A stretch of 64,000 nucleotides of DNA, from NCBI GenBank assembly GCA_028023455.1, contig JAQFVV010000003.1:18600001-18664000 (forward strand), read 5' to 3'. Every line of letters starts with the position of its first letter. Within the stretch, counting starts at the first letter, position 1. This DNA is from Epiperipatus broadwayi (Eukaryota; Animalia; Onychophora). A program made the translations under genes and the position numbers. Of the stretch, positions 62,728-64,000 are shown in pieces. The notes below the pieces were generated by a model, which saw only the letters and a list, made by a program, of their open reading frames with translations, was not told the DNA's origin and did no database searches.

Positions 62728-63499
62728 CGTAATATACAAATATAGGTTATAGTTATTAAAATAATTGCTTCAATTTAATTACATTTAAATAAAGTATATG
62801 TTGGATTTGTAAACAAAGTAATTAAGATGCATTAAAAGGATGCGAACTAATAATTAACAAAAATACATAACTCTTTATCATATATTATTATTGTCATTAA
62901 AAAAAATTATCTTATGGACACAGTATGCTCATTAAATTCTTTGCCTGAATACAGTTTGAGCAATTAAAGTAAAACTAAATCATAAGCTTGTGCCTGCAGA
63001 AATATGATGTCTTACCAATCATGAATGCAGTATCATTCTACATTTGTGTTAACAGAACCTTTAACTGTAGCTAATAATGTCATTATATAGCTAGTTGAAT
63101 TGTCTATGGCCCAACTATTGGAAAGAAAAAAAATATGTTTGTGAACTGAAAAAATGTCCCAGATTTATCTTTGCTGAACTCTTATAAGCATAACAAGAAG
63201 ATACTTTAATCACTATACCAGTAGTTGGCACCCTATTTCACCAAAAGGCCGATAATTTTTTTTTTTTTAAGTATTGGACACTCTGCAAATTTAACTATTA
63301 AAACTATACTAAGAAAAAATTATTTGTCTATAATAGTAGACATTATATGAAAACTAAAAAAATTTACATTATTCAAGCATTGGTAACTTTGTTGAGGTTT
63401 AACTTTTGAAGCTAACACTTCAATATTTGGTTCGTAGTTTGAAATTTTTAGCTTTATGCATATTTTCATGCCACCGAAAAACCTGCATGTTGCCAATTG

Positions 63500-64000
63500 C
63501 TGCATAACACCATAAGATTTTTATACAGCAACTAAAACAAGATATAATCACTTCAAATGAAGGAAGATTGTATGAATTGGAAGAAGAATTGTTTAATATT
63601 AAATGGGACATTATTGAACCTTATATTGTTAGAAGAAAAGATGAGGTAATTGATGTTAAAAAATGGATAATTTTTACACAGGCACAAATTTTGAAAATAC
63701 AAGTGGAGTGGGATTCATTATAAATAAAAATGTTAAAATTATTTTTTTTAACTTAATGGAAGATACCAAACACTGATAATTCAAGTTTATGCCCAACAAA
63801 TTTTCATTATGATGAAGAAGTAGATAATTTTTATATAGATATACAAAATGCTTTGATCAGATGAAACATTTTAAAATTATTGCAGGAACTTTAATGCTAG
63901 AATTAGTAAATGATTGAAGGATGACAGTGCTGTTAGTAAATTTGGTTATGGTGACAGAAATGAAAAAGAACACGATTTGTGAAATTTTCAGATAATATAT
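63500..64000 (+). pseudogene. RTE-clade LINE apurinic-endonuclease region, running off the window
   Basis: ELEEELFNIKWDII, GVGFIINK, LIIQVYA (63782-63794), EEVDNFY, G.FNARI and FGYGDRNE. Confidence 0.8.

Overview
AT-rich eukaryotic genomic DNA (about 25-30% GC by eye, probably an invertebrate such as an arthropod). It is not prokaryotic: there are no operons, CRISPR arrays or rRNA genes, and most of the window is transposon-derived. Main contents: (1) four loci of a ~450-nt repeat carrying a type I hammerhead ribozyme (retrozyme-like). Each has a head-to-head inversion and is flanked by a 10-22 bp direct repeat (candidate target-site duplication; the one at locus C is degenerate). (2) Several Penelope-like element (PLE) relics, including an RT + GIY-YIG copy with a related hammerhead just after its ORF, plus minimal hammerhead motifs. 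(3) Three complete two-LTR Ty3/gypsy elements: a Mag-type element with RT/RNase H/integrase deleted, a gag-only element with 1.6-kb LTRs, and a decayed full-length element whose 5' LTR contains a 3.4-kb solo-LTR-like insertion. (4) L1/Tx1 and RTE LINE fragments, hAT and Tigger/pogo transposase relics, palindromic MITEs, a 1.5-kb foldback and a polyadenylated tRNA-Gly retrocopy. (5) One credible host exon resembling ZC3HC1/NIPA (61756-61918). All alignments, folds and family assignments were made by eye from the sequence and remembered motifs; no searches were run.
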